Of a DNA stretch of 64,000 bases, positions 20,506 to 30,186 are shown in pieces. The stretch lies in contig DAOUAE010000013.1 of NCBI GenBank assembly GCA_034433795.1, positions 1-64,000 on the forward strand. The letters run 5' to 3'. Source of the stretch: Chloroflexota bacterium. GTDB lineage: Bacteria > Chloroflexota > UBA6077 > FW602-bin22 > DAOUAE01. The notes under the pieces were generated by a model. That model worked only from the letters and a program-made list of their open reading frames with translations, did not search any database and was not told where the DNA came from. The stretch's first letter is position 1. Every line of letters begins with the position of its first letter. The position numbers and the translations under genes were made by a program.

Positions 20506-21432
20506 ATGCTCGACCACCCGCTCCTGACCGACCCCGCCCGACGGACTGCCTGCCAGCAGCGGCTCCTGGCCTGGTACGCCCGCCACCGGCGCGATCTTCC
20601 CTGGCGGCGTCAGCGGACCCCCTACACCACGCTGGTGGCCGAGGTCATGCTCCAGCAGACCGGGGTCGAGCGGGTGCGTCTGAAGTACGCCGACTTTCTG
20701 GCCGCCTTCCCCTCGTTTGAAGCCCTGGCCCGCGCCCCGCTTGGCGCCGTGCTCCGGGCCTGGGCCGGTCTGGGCTACAACCGACGGGCCCTCTACCTGC
20801 ACCGACTGGCCAGGCTGGTGGTCGAACGGTACGGCGGCCAGCTGCCCCGCGACCCGGCCCAACTGCGGGCCCTGCCCGGCATCGGTCCCTACACCGCCGG
20901 CGCCATTCTCAGTTTCGTCTTCGGCGCCGATGAGCCCGCTCTCGACACCAACGTCCGTCGGGTTCTCAGCCGCCTCGTCTGGGGGGGAAGCCGGCCCCGG
21001 CCGCCCGACCGTGACCTGGTGGCCGTGGCGCGGGCCCTCCTGCCCCCCGGCCGGAGCGCCGACTGGAACGAGGCCCTGATGGACCTGGGCGCTCTGGTCT
21101 GCACCCTCCGCGCGCCGGGCTGCGCCGGCTGCCCGCTGGCCCCGGACTGCCAGGCCGCCTTCCGGCCGGTCACGGGCCGCCGGCTCCGTGAGGCGCCCGC
21201 CCCCTTCTACGGCTCGCGCCGGTACTATCGCGGACGGATCCTGGCCGCCCTGCGCGACCTGTCGCCAGGCCAGACCCTCGGCCTGGATGATCTGATCGCC
21301 CGGCTGGCCCCGGCCGGGTACCCGCGGCCCGCCGATCTTGAACGCCTGGTGGCTGACCTGGCGGCGGAGGGCCTGGTTAGAGTGACGGCCTCCGCCGATG
21401 GGTCAGCGCGCGTCGGGCTGCCGGATGCCTGA
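20506..21432 (+). CDS. A/G-specific adenine DNA glycosylase (MutY-like, short form with 4Fe-4S loop)
   Basis: LAWYARHRRDLPWRRQRTPYTTLVAEVMLQQT HhH-GPD start, and the [4Fe-4S] motif CTLRAPGCAGCPLAPDC. Lacks the long NUDIX-like C-terminal domain. Confidence 0.75.
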   Translation: MLDHPLLTDPARRTACQQRLLAWYARHRRDLPWRRQRTPYTTLVAEVMLQQTGVERVRLKYADFLAAFPSFEALARAPLGAVLRAWAGLGYNRRALYLHRLARLVVERYGGQLPRDPAQLRALPGIGPYTAGAILSFVFGADEPALDTNVRRVLSRLVWGGSRPRPPDRDLVAVARALLPPGRSADWNEALMDLGALVCTLRAPGCAGCPLAPDCQAAFRPVTGRRLREAPAPFYGSRRYYRGRILAALRDLSPGQTLGLDDLIARLAPAGYPRPADLERLVADLAAEGLVRVTASADGSARVGLPDA

Positions 21433-21437
21433 TCCCC

Positions 21438-21827
21438 TCACGTTCGGCAGAGCAGTTCGACGGCGTTGCCGTCGGGGTCGGTCAGGGCCAGCGTTCGGGC
21501 GGGCAGAAACGGGTGCTGGCCCTCGGCCACCTGGTATCCCAGCCCCTCCAGGCGCGTCCGGACCTGGTCGAACTGGGCCGGGTCGATCTCCAGCGCCAGA
21601 TGGTGGAGCGGGCGAGGCTGACCGTAGGGCGGCGCCTGGGGTGGCAGCGGCAGCAGGACCAGAGTCTGGGGCAGGTCGGCTCCCCGGCCGGCCTGCAGGA
21701 CGACCCCGGCGGTCGTCCCCGGTGGCGTGAGGACCGGCAGGCCCAGCGCCTCGCTGTAGAACTGGAACGAGCGACCGAGATCGTGGACCCAGAGCACGAC
21801 TTCGGCCAGACCACGGACGGTGTTCAT
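21438..21827 (-). CDS. VOC-family (glyoxalase/bleomycin-resistance fold) protein
   Basis: 129 aa, VLWVHDLGRSFQFYSEALGL...HHLALEI...DPDGNAVEL. Confidence 0.7.
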   Translation of the reverse strand: MNTVRGLAEVVLWVHDLGRSFQFYSEALGLPVLTPPGTTAGVVLQAGRGADLPQTLVLLPLPPQAPPYGQPRPLHHLALEIDPAQFDQVRTRLEGLGYQVAEGQHPFLPARTLALTDPDGNAVELLCRT

Positions 21828-21896
21828 CGCCGTTCTCCGGCTGCGTTGTTCACCGCGCCTCCCAGAGCAGAGCGCGATCCAGCCGGGGGCGGTCTC

Positions 21897-22838
21897 TCAG
21901 GCGGTGAGCCGGTAGACCAGGTAGCCGAGGTAGAGGGTCAGCAGGAGCGTGCCCTCCGCTCGCCCCAGACGGGGGCGCAGGGCCAGGAGGCAGACCAGCG
22001 TCGAGAGCCCCAGGAGCACCGGCAGGTCAACCGTCCGGGTGGTCTCCTCGACCGGCAGGGGCTCCAGCAGCGCCGCCAGACCGAGAACCAGCAGCAGATT
22101 GCAGATGTTGGAGCCGGCGGCGTTGGCCACCACGACCGCCCCGTGGCCCCGCCAGGCTCCGACGATGGCGATGATCTTGTCCGGCAGCGTGGTGGCCAGC
22201 GCCACCACGGTCAACCCGATGACGGTTCCGGAGAGGCCCGTCAGCCGGGTCAGCGCCACGGCCGCCTGGACGACCAGTTCGGCGCCCAGCAGGAGGAGCC
22301 CCAGGCCGCCGAGAAGCAACCCCACCTCGCCGATCAGCCCCTGACCGTCGGCCGGCTCCAGGGTGGCTGCCGTGGCTTTCCAGCGCAGGAGCCCGCGCGC
22401 CAGGGCGACGCCCAGCCCGCCCAGGTAGAGACCGAAGAGGGCCACAAGCACCAGACCGCCCAGGGCGTCTATCTCTCCCCGCCAGAAGAGCGGGATGGTC
22501 AGCAGGCTGAGCCCCAGCATCGCTCCCAGGGCCAGGCGGTCGGGCGGGTTGATGGGGATGGGCCGCACCAGCAGCCCCAGCGAGAAAGAGCCCGCCAGGT
22601 TGGCGATGTTGGCGCCGATCACCGTGCCCACCGCCACCTCGACGTGGCCACCGGCGGTGGCGATGAGGACCACCCCCAGTTCCTCCCACTCGATGCCGAC
22701 GGTCAGCAGGCCCAGCAGGATCGGTGAGAGCCGGGTGCGTCGGGCCAGGCGGGCGATGTGATCGCCGAGGAGATCGGCTCCCCGCTCTAAGAGCAGAACG
22801 CCCAGCAGAAAGAGCCCGAGGGTGAGCAGAGCGGACAC
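21897..22838 (-). CDS. Na+/Ca2+ antiporter, CaCA family (YrbG-like)
   Basis: 10-TM protein with two alpha-repeats (GTVIGANIANLAGS / GAWRGHGAVVVANAAGSNICNLLLVLG). Confidence 0.75.
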   Translation of the reverse strand: MSALLTLGLFLLGVLLLERGADLLGDHIARLARRTRLSPILLGLLTVGIEWEELGVVLIATAGGHVEVAVGTVIGANIANLAGSFSLGLLVRPIPINPPDRLALGAMLGLSLLTIPLFWRGEIDALGGLVLVALFGLYLGGLGVALARGLLRWKATAATLEPADGQGLIGEVGLLLGGLGLLLLGAELVVQAAVALTRLTGLSGTVIGLTVVALATTLPDKIIAIVGAWRGHGAVVVANAAGSNICNLLLVLGLAALLEPLPVEETTRTVDLPVLLGLSTLVCLLALRPRLGRAEGTLLLTLYLGYLVYRLTA

Positions 22839-22983
22839 GGTCAGTCCCTCCGGTCACCGGCCCACTGTGCGGCTGGGGGGGCCGGCGCGCCGCCGGATGG
22901 CGGCCAGCGCCGCACGGCCCCCGCCCTCGACAGCGGCCGCCGGATCGGCTATAGTTGTTATGAGTACCGAGGAGGTGTTCCCG

Positions 22984-23280
22984 TTGCCGAAGACGAAGTC
23001 TGCCAAGAAGGCGCTGCGCCAGGCGGAGAAGCGGCGCCTGCGCAATCGGCGCATCAAATCCACCGTCCGAACGCTGATCCGCAAGGCCGAGCGGCTGATC
23101 GCCGAGAAGCAGCTGGAGGCGGCGACGGCGGCGGTGATCCAGGCCCAGAGCGCCATCGGCAAGGCCGCCGAGAAGGACGTTATCCACAAGAACCGGGCCG
23201 CCCGCTGGACCTCCCGGCTGATGTCCAAGCTGGCCGCCCTGAAGAAAGAGATGGCGGCGCAGGCCCAGGCGGCGGGTTGA
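22984..23280 (+). CDS. rpsT: 30S ribosomal protein S20
   Basis: TTG start 8 nt after GGAGG. LPKTKSAKKALRQAEKRRLRNRRIKSTVRTLIRKAE...IHKNRAARWTSRLMSKLA matches S20. Confidence 0.85.
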   Translation: MPKTKSAKKALRQAEKRRLRNRRIKSTVRTLIRKAERLIAEKQLEAATAAVIQAQSAIGKAAEKDVIHKNRAARWTSRLMSKLAALKKEMAAQAQAAG

Positions 23281-23306
23281 GCTCCCCTCTCTCCGGTTGA
23301 GTCTCC

Positions 23307-24638
23307 TCATCGCAGCTGCTGGACCAGTCCGGTCAGGTCTTCGGGCCGGCTGATGCTCTCGACCGCCTGCAGGAAGGCCGCCAGCGAGGGCAGGCGGGCC
23401 CGCAGCTGGCGGAGCATCGGCTCGTAGGGGTTGCCCCCGCCGGCGTAACTGCCGAAGAACGAGAGATAGGCGGTGTTGAGGCGGCGCACATAGTAGCCCG
23501 CGGCCCGCAGGCGGACCTTCTGCTCGGCCATGTACCGCTCGGCCCCGGCGATGTCGCCCCGGGCCAGCAGGGCCTCGACCTCGCGACGAATGGCCCGCAT
23601 CAGGCTGCCGAAATCGGGACGGGAACGGTCAGCCGGGGCCGGAGCGGGACGCGGTGGGTCGGCGCCGCCGTAGTACCGGCGGTAGACCTGGCGGCCGATC
23701 TCCTGCCCGACGATGTCGGCCACCGTCTCGTTGATCGTCCGCATCTCGTAGCTGGCGAAGTACTGGCGTCCGAGCGGTCGGAAGGCCAGGTAGTGGTGCG
23801 TCCATTCGTGGGCGATGACCTCCAGCGCCCGGGGGAGGGGATCGGTGTCAGCCACCATGCTGGGGTAGGCGGCGAACCCCCCAATCGGATTGACGACCGC
23901 CGCCACGTTCCACTGCTCGACGCGGTCCTCCAGGCGCTCGATGGTCGCCAGGTCCAGCCCCGGTCGGATGAGCACGGTGTGGGTGATGGCGATGCGGTCG
24001 CGCGGGGCGATGAAGAGCGCCTCCGGCAGCGGGGAGAGGGTGAAGGCCACCGGAGGGGTGATCTCCAGCCACGGGAGTGGCCAGCCGCCCGCCGGGACGG
24101 TCCGCAGAATCGGGCGCCCAATGCCGGCCTCGGCCAGGATGGCTGTAACCTGGGCGGCCACGATCTCCTCGACCAGGGGCCGCAACGCGGCCAGCTCCCG
24201 GTCCAGGGCCGCCAGCTGCCGGGCGGTCCGCTCAACCGCCTCGGCCGGGCGCTCGGCGCTCGGCAGGCTGTAGAGACGCTCCTGTTCCCCCTGGACCCGG
24301 CGTCGCTCGGCGCCGATCTGGTAATAGCGCTGGACGAGCGCCACGGCGGCCGGGCTTTCTGGCGCTGCGGGCAGCGACCGGAGACCGGGCAGGCGCTCGG
24401 CCAGCGCTCGCGCCTGCCAGCCGGTCAGGCTGAAGGCGTAGGGGGCGGTGACGCCGGCGAGCCGCTCGCCGAGATCGGCGGCCCCCGGCCCGGCCAGGGC
24501 GAGCAGCATCGTCAGCGCCGCCAGCCCGAGCCGCCGCAGGCCCTGGGCCAGGCGTGGCTGGCTTATCCCCGGCCAGGACCAGAGACGGCCGGCGCCGCGC
24601 AGTTTGAGGCCGAGCGGTCGGAGTGAATCAGGTCGCAT
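23307..24638 (-). CDS. putative secreted zinc-dependent protease (HExxH)
   Basis: 443 aa with N-terminal hydrophobic segment and a single AHEWTHHY (HExxH) motif. No further family assignment possible by eye. Confidence 0.5.
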   Translation of the reverse strand: MRPDSLRPLGLKLRGAGRLWSWPGISQPRLAQGLRRLGLAALTMLLALAGPGAADLGERLAGVTAPYAFSLTGWQARALAERLPGLRSLPAAPESPAAVALVQRYYQIGAERRRVQGEQERLYSLPSAERPAEAVERTARQLAALDRELAALRPLVEEIVAAQVTAILAEAGIGRPILRTVPAGGWPLPWLEITPPVAFTLSPLPEALFIAPRDRIAITHTVLIRPGLDLATIERLEDRVEQWNVAAVVNPIGGFAAYPSMVADTDPLPRALEVIAHEWTHHYLAFRPLGRQYFASYEMRTINETVADIVGQEIGRQVYRRYYGGADPPRPAPAPADRSRPDFGSLMRAIRREVEALLARGDIAGAERYMAEQKVRLRAAGYYVRRLNTAYLSFFGSYAGGGNPYEPMLRQLRARLPSLAAFLQAVESISRPEDLTGLVQQLR

Positions 24639-24686
24639 CGCCGTTAGCCTACCAGAGAGCCGGCGGGCTGTCCAGCGCCCCGGATG

Positions 24687-26702
24687 TCACTGTGGGACCG
24701 GACTCCGCACACCGGGTCCCCACGGGTCGCCCCCCGGCAGCGCCTCGACCGTCACCTGGTAACTCGCCCGCTCCACACTGAACGGGGTCACAGCGGCGAC
24801 CACCAGGAGCACCCGGTCGAGGGTCCGGCCCAGGCCGCGCAGGACGATCTGGCCGCGATTCTGGGTGTCCAGGGGGAGCGGGATGACCTGGACGGTCGGT
24901 TCGAGGGTGATGATCTGGACCGAAAACTGCTGCGGCAGCAGGTTGTTCAGCCGGACAAAGCCCTCGGCGTCCCAACCCGCCTCCTGCTCGGCGTCGTCGA
25001 AGAAGCCGATCTCCGGGAGGGCGATATCGTCCAGGCAGAGGCCGGCGCCGTTGTAGGCGTCGTCGGTCACGTACTCGAACCGGAGGAGAACCGGCCGCCC
25101 CGCGTAGGGCGTGAGATCAATGGTCTCCTCCAGCCACCGGGGGACCAGCGCGCCACCGCTCCGGCCGGTGTAGCCGTGGCCGAAGTTGTTGCCGCTGGGA
25201 TCGGCGGCGGTGGTATAGCGACCCGACAGCGTCCGCCAGGTCTGCCCCCCGTCGGTTGAGATCTCGACGAAAGCGTAGTCGTAGTCGCGCTCGATGTCGA
25301 ACCAGGCGGCAAAACGCAGGGTGGCCCGGCTGAGACCGGTCAGGTCGAAACGGCGGGTGAGCCGGCTGGCGATCCCATCGCCACGGTTGCTCCACCAGAC
25401 GAAGCGGCCGCTCCGCGGCGTCGCTCCCACCACCCGGACCGTGGGAGTGCCGCTGAAGGTGATCTGCAGATCGGTCGGCTTGCCCGTCTGGATCACGTAG
25501 TAATGGGCGGCGAACTGGGGCAGCGACCGGGGGAGCCAGGCCGGAAGCTGGTCAATAACCTCGGGAGTGACCCGGAGCCCCGGCTCGACATGGGCGTAGC
25601 GGCCGCCCTCCAGACCGGGATCGTTCAGGACGTTCGCCACCACCCAATCCTGGAAGACCTGAGCGAAGGTCCAGCCGGGAAAGTGGCGCTGAAGGTAGGC
25701 GTCGAAGGCTGCCGGACCGTTCCGGAGGTCGGCCAGGACCTCGCCCAGGGCCCGGTACCCGCCGAACCGGCGGGCGAAGTACTCCAGAAAGAGGGCGGCG
25801 GCCCCGTAGTGGGGCAGGGTGTCAGTCCCGCCCGCCGCCCAGCCGGTCAGGGCGATGTCCGGGCGGCGGAGGAAGTGCTGAAAGGTGCTGCTGTTGGGGT
25901 AGCCGGCCACCCGGATCGCCACCTCGGCGGCCCCTTCGTTCACCCAGGTCTCCTCAGTCGGGTCCAGGAACAACTGAACCAGATGGAAGAACTCGTGGGC
26001 CAGCCCGGCCTCATAGGCCGGCGTCCCGGGGGGAGCGGCCGCCAGGTTGAGGTAGACCATCGGCCGCTCGTTGCTGTAGGGGTTGACCCAGCGCGGGTAG
26101 GTATCGGTGGCGCTGAAGTAGCCCACCACGCCGGGCACCCGGGCGGTCAGGACCGTGATTTCGGGGGGCTCCAGCCAGCGGTCGAGGCCGAATCCCTGCC
26201 AGATCCGTGGCAGGATACGCTCTTCAAAGGCCTGGGCGCTCCGCTGGACGGCCTCGACCGGGACCGTCTCCCCCTCCTGGACGTACCACTGGGCGTGGGC
26301 GCTGCGGTGGACCAGGCGGGCGGCCACAGAGAAGTAACTTCTGGCCGGCTGGTTGGCCACCCAGAAGTACTCGCGGCCTCCGACCTCGGCGGGCCGTGGC
26401 AGGAGCCGGCGGCCGCCGGCTCCCGGTGTGGGCCGGAGCCGGCTGGCCAGGTCGTGCAGGTCACGGTCGGGGGGCACGGTCTGTTCGAGCAGGGCCAGCA
26501 TCCCGGCCGGAGTCAGACCGGCCGGTGGGCGGGACGGTCGGGTGGCGATCGGGACCGCCGTGGCCGTGGGCTGCGCCGCTGGCGGTCGGGTCGGCAGCGC
26601 CGGCGGAGCAGGGGGAGCCGGTGTCGGCGCGGGCGGTGGCGCCGACAGACACCCCGTGATGACACAGAGCAGCAGGCCCAGCGCGGCCCACCGGGTCTTC
26701 AT
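24687..26702 (-). CDS. secreted lipoprotein zinc metallopeptidase (HExxH; M6/InhA-like) with C-terminal beta-sandwich region
   Basis: Signal plus lipobox LLLCVITGC, a Pro-rich linker, catalytic LAHEFFHLVQ, and a downstream Asp-box-like ISTDGGQTW. RBS GAGGAG. Confidence 0.55.
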   Translation of the reverse strand: MKTRWAALGLLLCVITGCLSAPPPAPTPAPPAPPALPTRPPAAQPTATAVPIATRPSRPPAGLTPAGMLALLEQTVPPDRDLHDLASRLRPTPGAGGRRLLPRPAEVGGREYFWVANQPARSYFSVAARLVHRSAHAQWYVQEGETVPVEAVQRSAQAFEERILPRIWQGFGLDRWLEPPEITVLTARVPGVVGYFSATDTYPRWVNPYSNERPMVYLNLAAAPPGTPAYEAGLAHEFFHLVQLFLDPTEETWVNEGAAEVAIRVAGYPNSSTFQHFLRRPDIALTGWAAGGTDTLPHYGAAALFLEYFARRFGGYRALGEVLADLRNGPAAFDAYLQRHFPGWTFAQVFQDWVVANVLNDPGLEGGRYAHVEPGLRVTPEVIDQLPAWLPRSLPQFAAHYYVIQTGKPTDLQITFSGTPTVRVVGATPRSGRFVWWSNRGDGIASRLTRRFDLTGLSRATLRFAAWFDIERDYDYAFVEISTDGGQTWRTLSGRYTTAADPSGNNFGHGYTGRSGGALVPRWLEETIDLTPYAGRPVLLRFEYVTDDAYNGAGLCLDDIALPEIGFFDDAEQEAGWDAEGFVRLNNLLPQQFSVQIITLEPTVQVIPLPLDTQNRGQIVLRGLGRTLDRVLLVVAAVTPFSVERASYQVTVEALPGGDPWGPGVRSPVPQ

Positions 26703-26710
26703 CGCTCTCC

Positions 26711-27529
26711 TCAGACCACGGCCCTCGCGATCAGGTGCTGGACCAGGGCGGTCAGCCGGGGGCGGGTCCGGGCCGCAGCGGCCAGGACCTCGGCGTGGGT
26801 TACCGGCGCCGGTCCCTCCGGCAGAGCCAGGTTGGTGATGCAGCTCAGACCCAGGACGCGCAGCCCCAGTTGCCGGGCCACGACAACCTCGGGGACGGTG
26901 GACATACCGACGGCGTCGGCCCCGGCCAGTCGGAGCAGTCGGAGTTCGGCCGCCGTCTCGTAGGTCGGTCCGGCGACCATCGCGTAGACACCGGCGTGCA
27001 GAGCGAATCCCAGGTCAGCGGCCAGGCGGGCCGCCAGGGCGCGCAGGTCGGGGTCATAGGCGTCTTTCAGGTCGACAAACCGGGCCTCTGGTGGGAGGGC
27101 GGGGTCGATGAGGGGATGGAAGCCAGCCAGGCCCGGGAGGAAGATGTGGTCGGTGATCGCCATCAGATCGCCGGGCTGGAAGGTCGGATTGAGACCGCCG
27201 GCGCTGTTGGTGACCACCAGGGCTCGACAGCCCAGGGCGTGCAGCAGACGCACCGGCCAGGCGACCTGGGCCATAGAGTGGCCCTCATAGAAGTGCAGGC
27301 GGCCGTTCAGAACCGCCACCGGCCGGTCGGCCAGCCGGCCCAGGACAAGTTCGCCGGCGTGCCCGGGCACGGTCGGGCGGGGAAAACCGGGGATGGCGGT
27401 ATAGGGGAAGCGACGGCTGGCGGTCAGGGCGGTCGCCAGATCGCCCAGGCCCGAGCCGAGGATGATGCCCCACCGCGGGGGCTCGCTGCCCTCCAGCAGG
27501 CGCGCGGCCAGGGTGGTGAGCGGTTCCAT
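26711..27529 (-). CDS. purine nucleoside phosphorylase
   Basis: 272 aa PNP/MTAP family (GIILGSGLG, LHFYEGH, MSTVPEV). RBS GGGGAGGAG. Confidence 0.85.
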   Translation of the reverse strand: MEPLTTLAARLLEGSEPPRWGIILGSGLGDLATALTASRRFPYTAIPGFPRPTVPGHAGELVLGRLADRPVAVLNGRLHFYEGHSMAQVAWPVRLLHALGCRALVVTNSAGGLNPTFQPGDLMAITDHIFLPGLAGFHPLIDPALPPEARFVDLKDAYDPDLRALAARLAADLGFALHAGVYAMVAGPTYETAAELRLLRLAGADAVGMSTVPEVVVARQLGLRVLGLSCITNLALPEGPAPVTHAEVLAAAARTRPRLTALVQHLIARAVV

Positions 27530-27670
27530 CGGTCTCCTCCCCTGCCGGTACTATACCACAGCCGCCACGGGCCAGGCGCGGCGGAGGAGGCGCCCTCCGG
27601 CTGGCCCGGTTGCCGCCGCCGGAACGGGGATGCTACAATAGAGAGCGAGCAGTCTGCGGCGGCCGGAGCA

Positions 27671-28276
27671 GTGGTGGCGGATTCGGTTGTCCTGGTATTG
27701 AATCAGAATTATGAACCCCTGAACGTCTGCAATCTGCGGCGCGCGCTTGTTCTGCTGAGTCGGGGAAAGGCCGAGATCATCGAGCAGGGGCCGGGTGTGC
27801 TGCGGTCGCCCTCGCAGGTCTTCCCCCGGCCCTCGGTCATCCGGCTGGTTAATCTTATCAAGCGTCCCCGGCCCAAGGCGCGTCTCTGTCGGAAAGAGAT
27901 CTTCCGGCGCGACAATTACACCTGTCAGTACTGTGGGGCGCGCGCCAAGGATCTCACCCTCGACCATGTCGTCCCCCGCCACAAGGGCGGCCGGCACACC
28001 TGGGAGAACCTGGTGACCGCCTGCCGGGCCTGCAATCACCGCAAGGGCGGTAAGACGCTGGAGGAGGCGCGGATGACGCTGCTGCGGCCGCCCTTCCAGC
28101 CCTACGTCTCACCTTACTACGCTCTCTACCCCTATCTCCAGAGCCACCGCGAGTGGCAGAAGTTTGTCCCCGGCTGGCTGCCGGCCGAGGTGCCCGAGCC
28201 ATCGGTCAACGGCGCGGTCGCCGCGCCGGCCGAGGCGAGTTCTCCCATTGAAGGGGCCCGCCGGTCCGCTCGCTAA
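27671..28276 (+). CDS. HNH endonuclease (stand-alone, McrA-like)
   Basis: VLVLNQNYEPLNV N-terminus, then CQYCG...LDHVVPRHKGGRHTWENLVTACRACNHRKG, a canonical HNH zinc-finger nuclease motif. Start GTG 27671/27674 near GGAG. Confidence 0.8.
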   Translation: MVADSVVLVLNQNYEPLNVCNLRRALVLLSRGKAEIIEQGPGVLRSPSQVFPRPSVIRLVNLIKRPRPKARLCRKEIFRRDNYTCQYCGARAKDLTLDHVVPRHKGGRHTWENLVTACRACNHRKGGKTLEEARMTLLRPPFQPYVSPYYALYPYLQSHREWQKFVPGWLPAEVPEPSVNGAVAAPAEASSPIEGARRSAR

Positions 28277-28932
28277 CTCCCCACCAGCAGCGTCCGGAGC
28301 TGCTGCTCGTACTCCACCTTCGTCAGGGCGATCACCTCGTCGCCGGGGTGCAGCACGGTCTGTGGCGTGGGCACCAGGGCGTGCCCGTTGCGGAGCACCA
28401 GCAGGACGGCCGAGTCCGGCGGGAGGGTCACCTCGCGGAGCGCCCGGCCTGCCACCCGCGCCTGGTCGCTGATGCGGGCCTCGACCACCTCCAGGTTGGC
28501 CTGCCGCAGGTGCAGCAGGTGCACCAGCGCCTGGGCCGGCAGGGCCTGCTCGATCTGGAGTTTGATGAGATCGGTCGAGTTGACCGTGGCGTCGATCCCC
28601 AGCAACTGGAAGATGCGCTGGTTCTTCGGGTTGTTGATCCGGGCGATGGTGCGCGGGACGTTGAACTTCTTCTTGGCCATCTGACAGATGACCAGGTTGT
28701 CCTCGTCATCGCCGGTCACCGCCACCACCACGTCGGCGCGGTTGGTGCCGGCCTCCGCCAGGGTGGTGGCCTCGCAGGCGTCGCCGCGCAGGACCACGCT
28801 CCCCAGTTCCTCGGCGATCTGATCCACTTTGCGCTTGTCGCGCTCGATGATCAGGACCTCGTGGCCCTCGTTGAGCAGTTCTTTGGCCAGGTAGTAGCCG
28901 ACCTTACCGCCACCCGCGATGATGATGTACAT
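28273..28932 (-). CDS. Trk/Ktr-type K+ transport regulatory protein, RCK_N + RCK_C (TrkA/KtrA-like)
   Basis: MYIIIAGGGKVGYYLAKEL Rossmann (RCK_N) followed by an RCK_C (TrkA_C) domain. Confidence 0.8.
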   Translation of the reverse strand: MYIIIAGGGKVGYYLAKELLNEGHEVLIIERDKRKVDQIAEELGSVVLRGDACEATTLAEAGTNRADVVVAVTGDDEDNLVICQMAKKKFNVPRTIARINNPKNQRIFQLLGIDATVNSTDLIKLQIEQALPAQALVHLLHLRQANLEVVEARISDQARVAGRALREVTLPPDSAVLLVLRNGHALVPTPQTVLHPGDEVIALTKVEYEQQLRTLLVGS

Positions 28933-28935
28933 CTG

Positions 28936-29386
28936 TCAGCCCTCCTCCGGCCGCGAGGATGCCCCGCTGGCGACCTGCTGGCGCCAGCGGGCGTCCAGCA
29001 GGCGCTTGATCTGATAGGCGCCCTCGGTGGTCGGGCAGACCGTCTCCAAGCCGAGCATATGGTAGGTCTCCTCCCGCACCGGGTCGTAGAGGCGTGCGAT
29101 CACCTTGGGGACGTGGAAGATGTACTTGGCGATCTGGCAGGCCATCACGTTGGTGTTGTCGTCATCGGTCACGGCGGCGAAGATCTGGGCCTGCTCGATG
29201 CCGGCCCGGCGCAGGACCTCCTCATCGATGCCGTTGCCCACCAGGGCCTGGCCACGGAACTCGGGGTCGAGGCGCCGGAAGGCGTCAGTGTTCTTGTCGA
29301 TGATGCTGACCTCATGCCCCTCGCGGTCGAGCGTACTGGCCAGGCGGGCCCCCACCCGTCCACAGCCCAGGATCACGATGCGCATG
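28936..29386 (-). CDS. RCK_N (TrkA_N) domain protein
   Basis: Start MRIVILGCGRVGARLA at ATG 29384-29386 (RBS GGGAGGAG). NAD-binding RCK_N only. Confidence 0.75.
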
Positions 29387-29420
29387 GCTCTCCTCCCTCT
29401 CCGCCTGTCCGGCGGGCCGC

Positions 29421-29852
29421 TCACTGGTGCATCGGCTCGCGCAGGACCCAGACACGGCAGGGCGCATTTTTCAGCACGTACAGGGCGGTTGTGCCCAGGC
29501 TGAACTCGCCGAAGCGGCGTTTGTAGGGCAGCCCCATAATGATCACATCCACGTTGCGCTCGATCGCCTCCTCGACAATCGCTGGCCCGACCTCGCGGGC
29601 CTGGAGCAATTCGGTCTGGATCTCGGCATCGTTCTCCTCGGCCACGCGTTCGGCGTGATCCAGAACCAGTTCACCCTTCTCGATCTCCGGCTGGATCTCG
29701 GCGTCCAGAGGCAGCGTCCGCTTGACCTCGATGACATAGATCGCCAGGACCCGCGCTTTATAGCGCTTGGCGGTGATGCTGGCCAGCCGGATCGCCTCAT
29801 CGTCGGTCGGACTGCCGTTCACCGGCACCAGGATCTGGCTGATCGGTCGCAA
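29421..29852 (-). CDS. universal stress protein (UspA family)
   Basis: ISQILVPVNGSPTDDEAIRLA...VDVIIMG...VLKNAPCRVWVL. Start proposed at TTG 29850-29852 (GGAGG 6 nt upstream) giving 144 aa. The track ATG at 29993 would add an implausible 46-aa leader. Confidence 0.65.
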   Translation of the reverse strand: MRPISQILVPVNGSPTDDEAIRLASITAKRYKARVLAIYVIEVKRTLPLDAEIQPEIEKGELVLDHAERVAEENDAEIQTELLQAREVGPAIVEEAIERNVDVIIMGLPYKRRFGEFSLGTTALYVLKNAPCRVWVLREPMHQ

Positions 29853-30186
29853 GGTCTGCCTCCAGCGGGCAAAGTAAGACGCGGGCCGCCGGACACGTGT
29901 CCCTGGCCCGCGCTCTCCGCCCGCGTCCTCCTCTGCGCTGTGCGAGTCCGAGGCCGTCGGTTCCCCAGCATACGACATCCCTCGGTGAATCATTTAAGTT
30001 TATACCCTACCAATCGGCCAACGCAAACCGGTACCTCGGCGCGCCGGACGGCAGCCAGGACGATAGCACACCGCCGGAGAGAGCGTCAATAAAAAGCCGA
30101 CAAAAAGCCGACGCCCGTCTTCTCGCCTTGTCGGGTATAATACACGGGGGCAGCCGGCCCAAAGGCTCTTCACGGTCCGGGATGGA

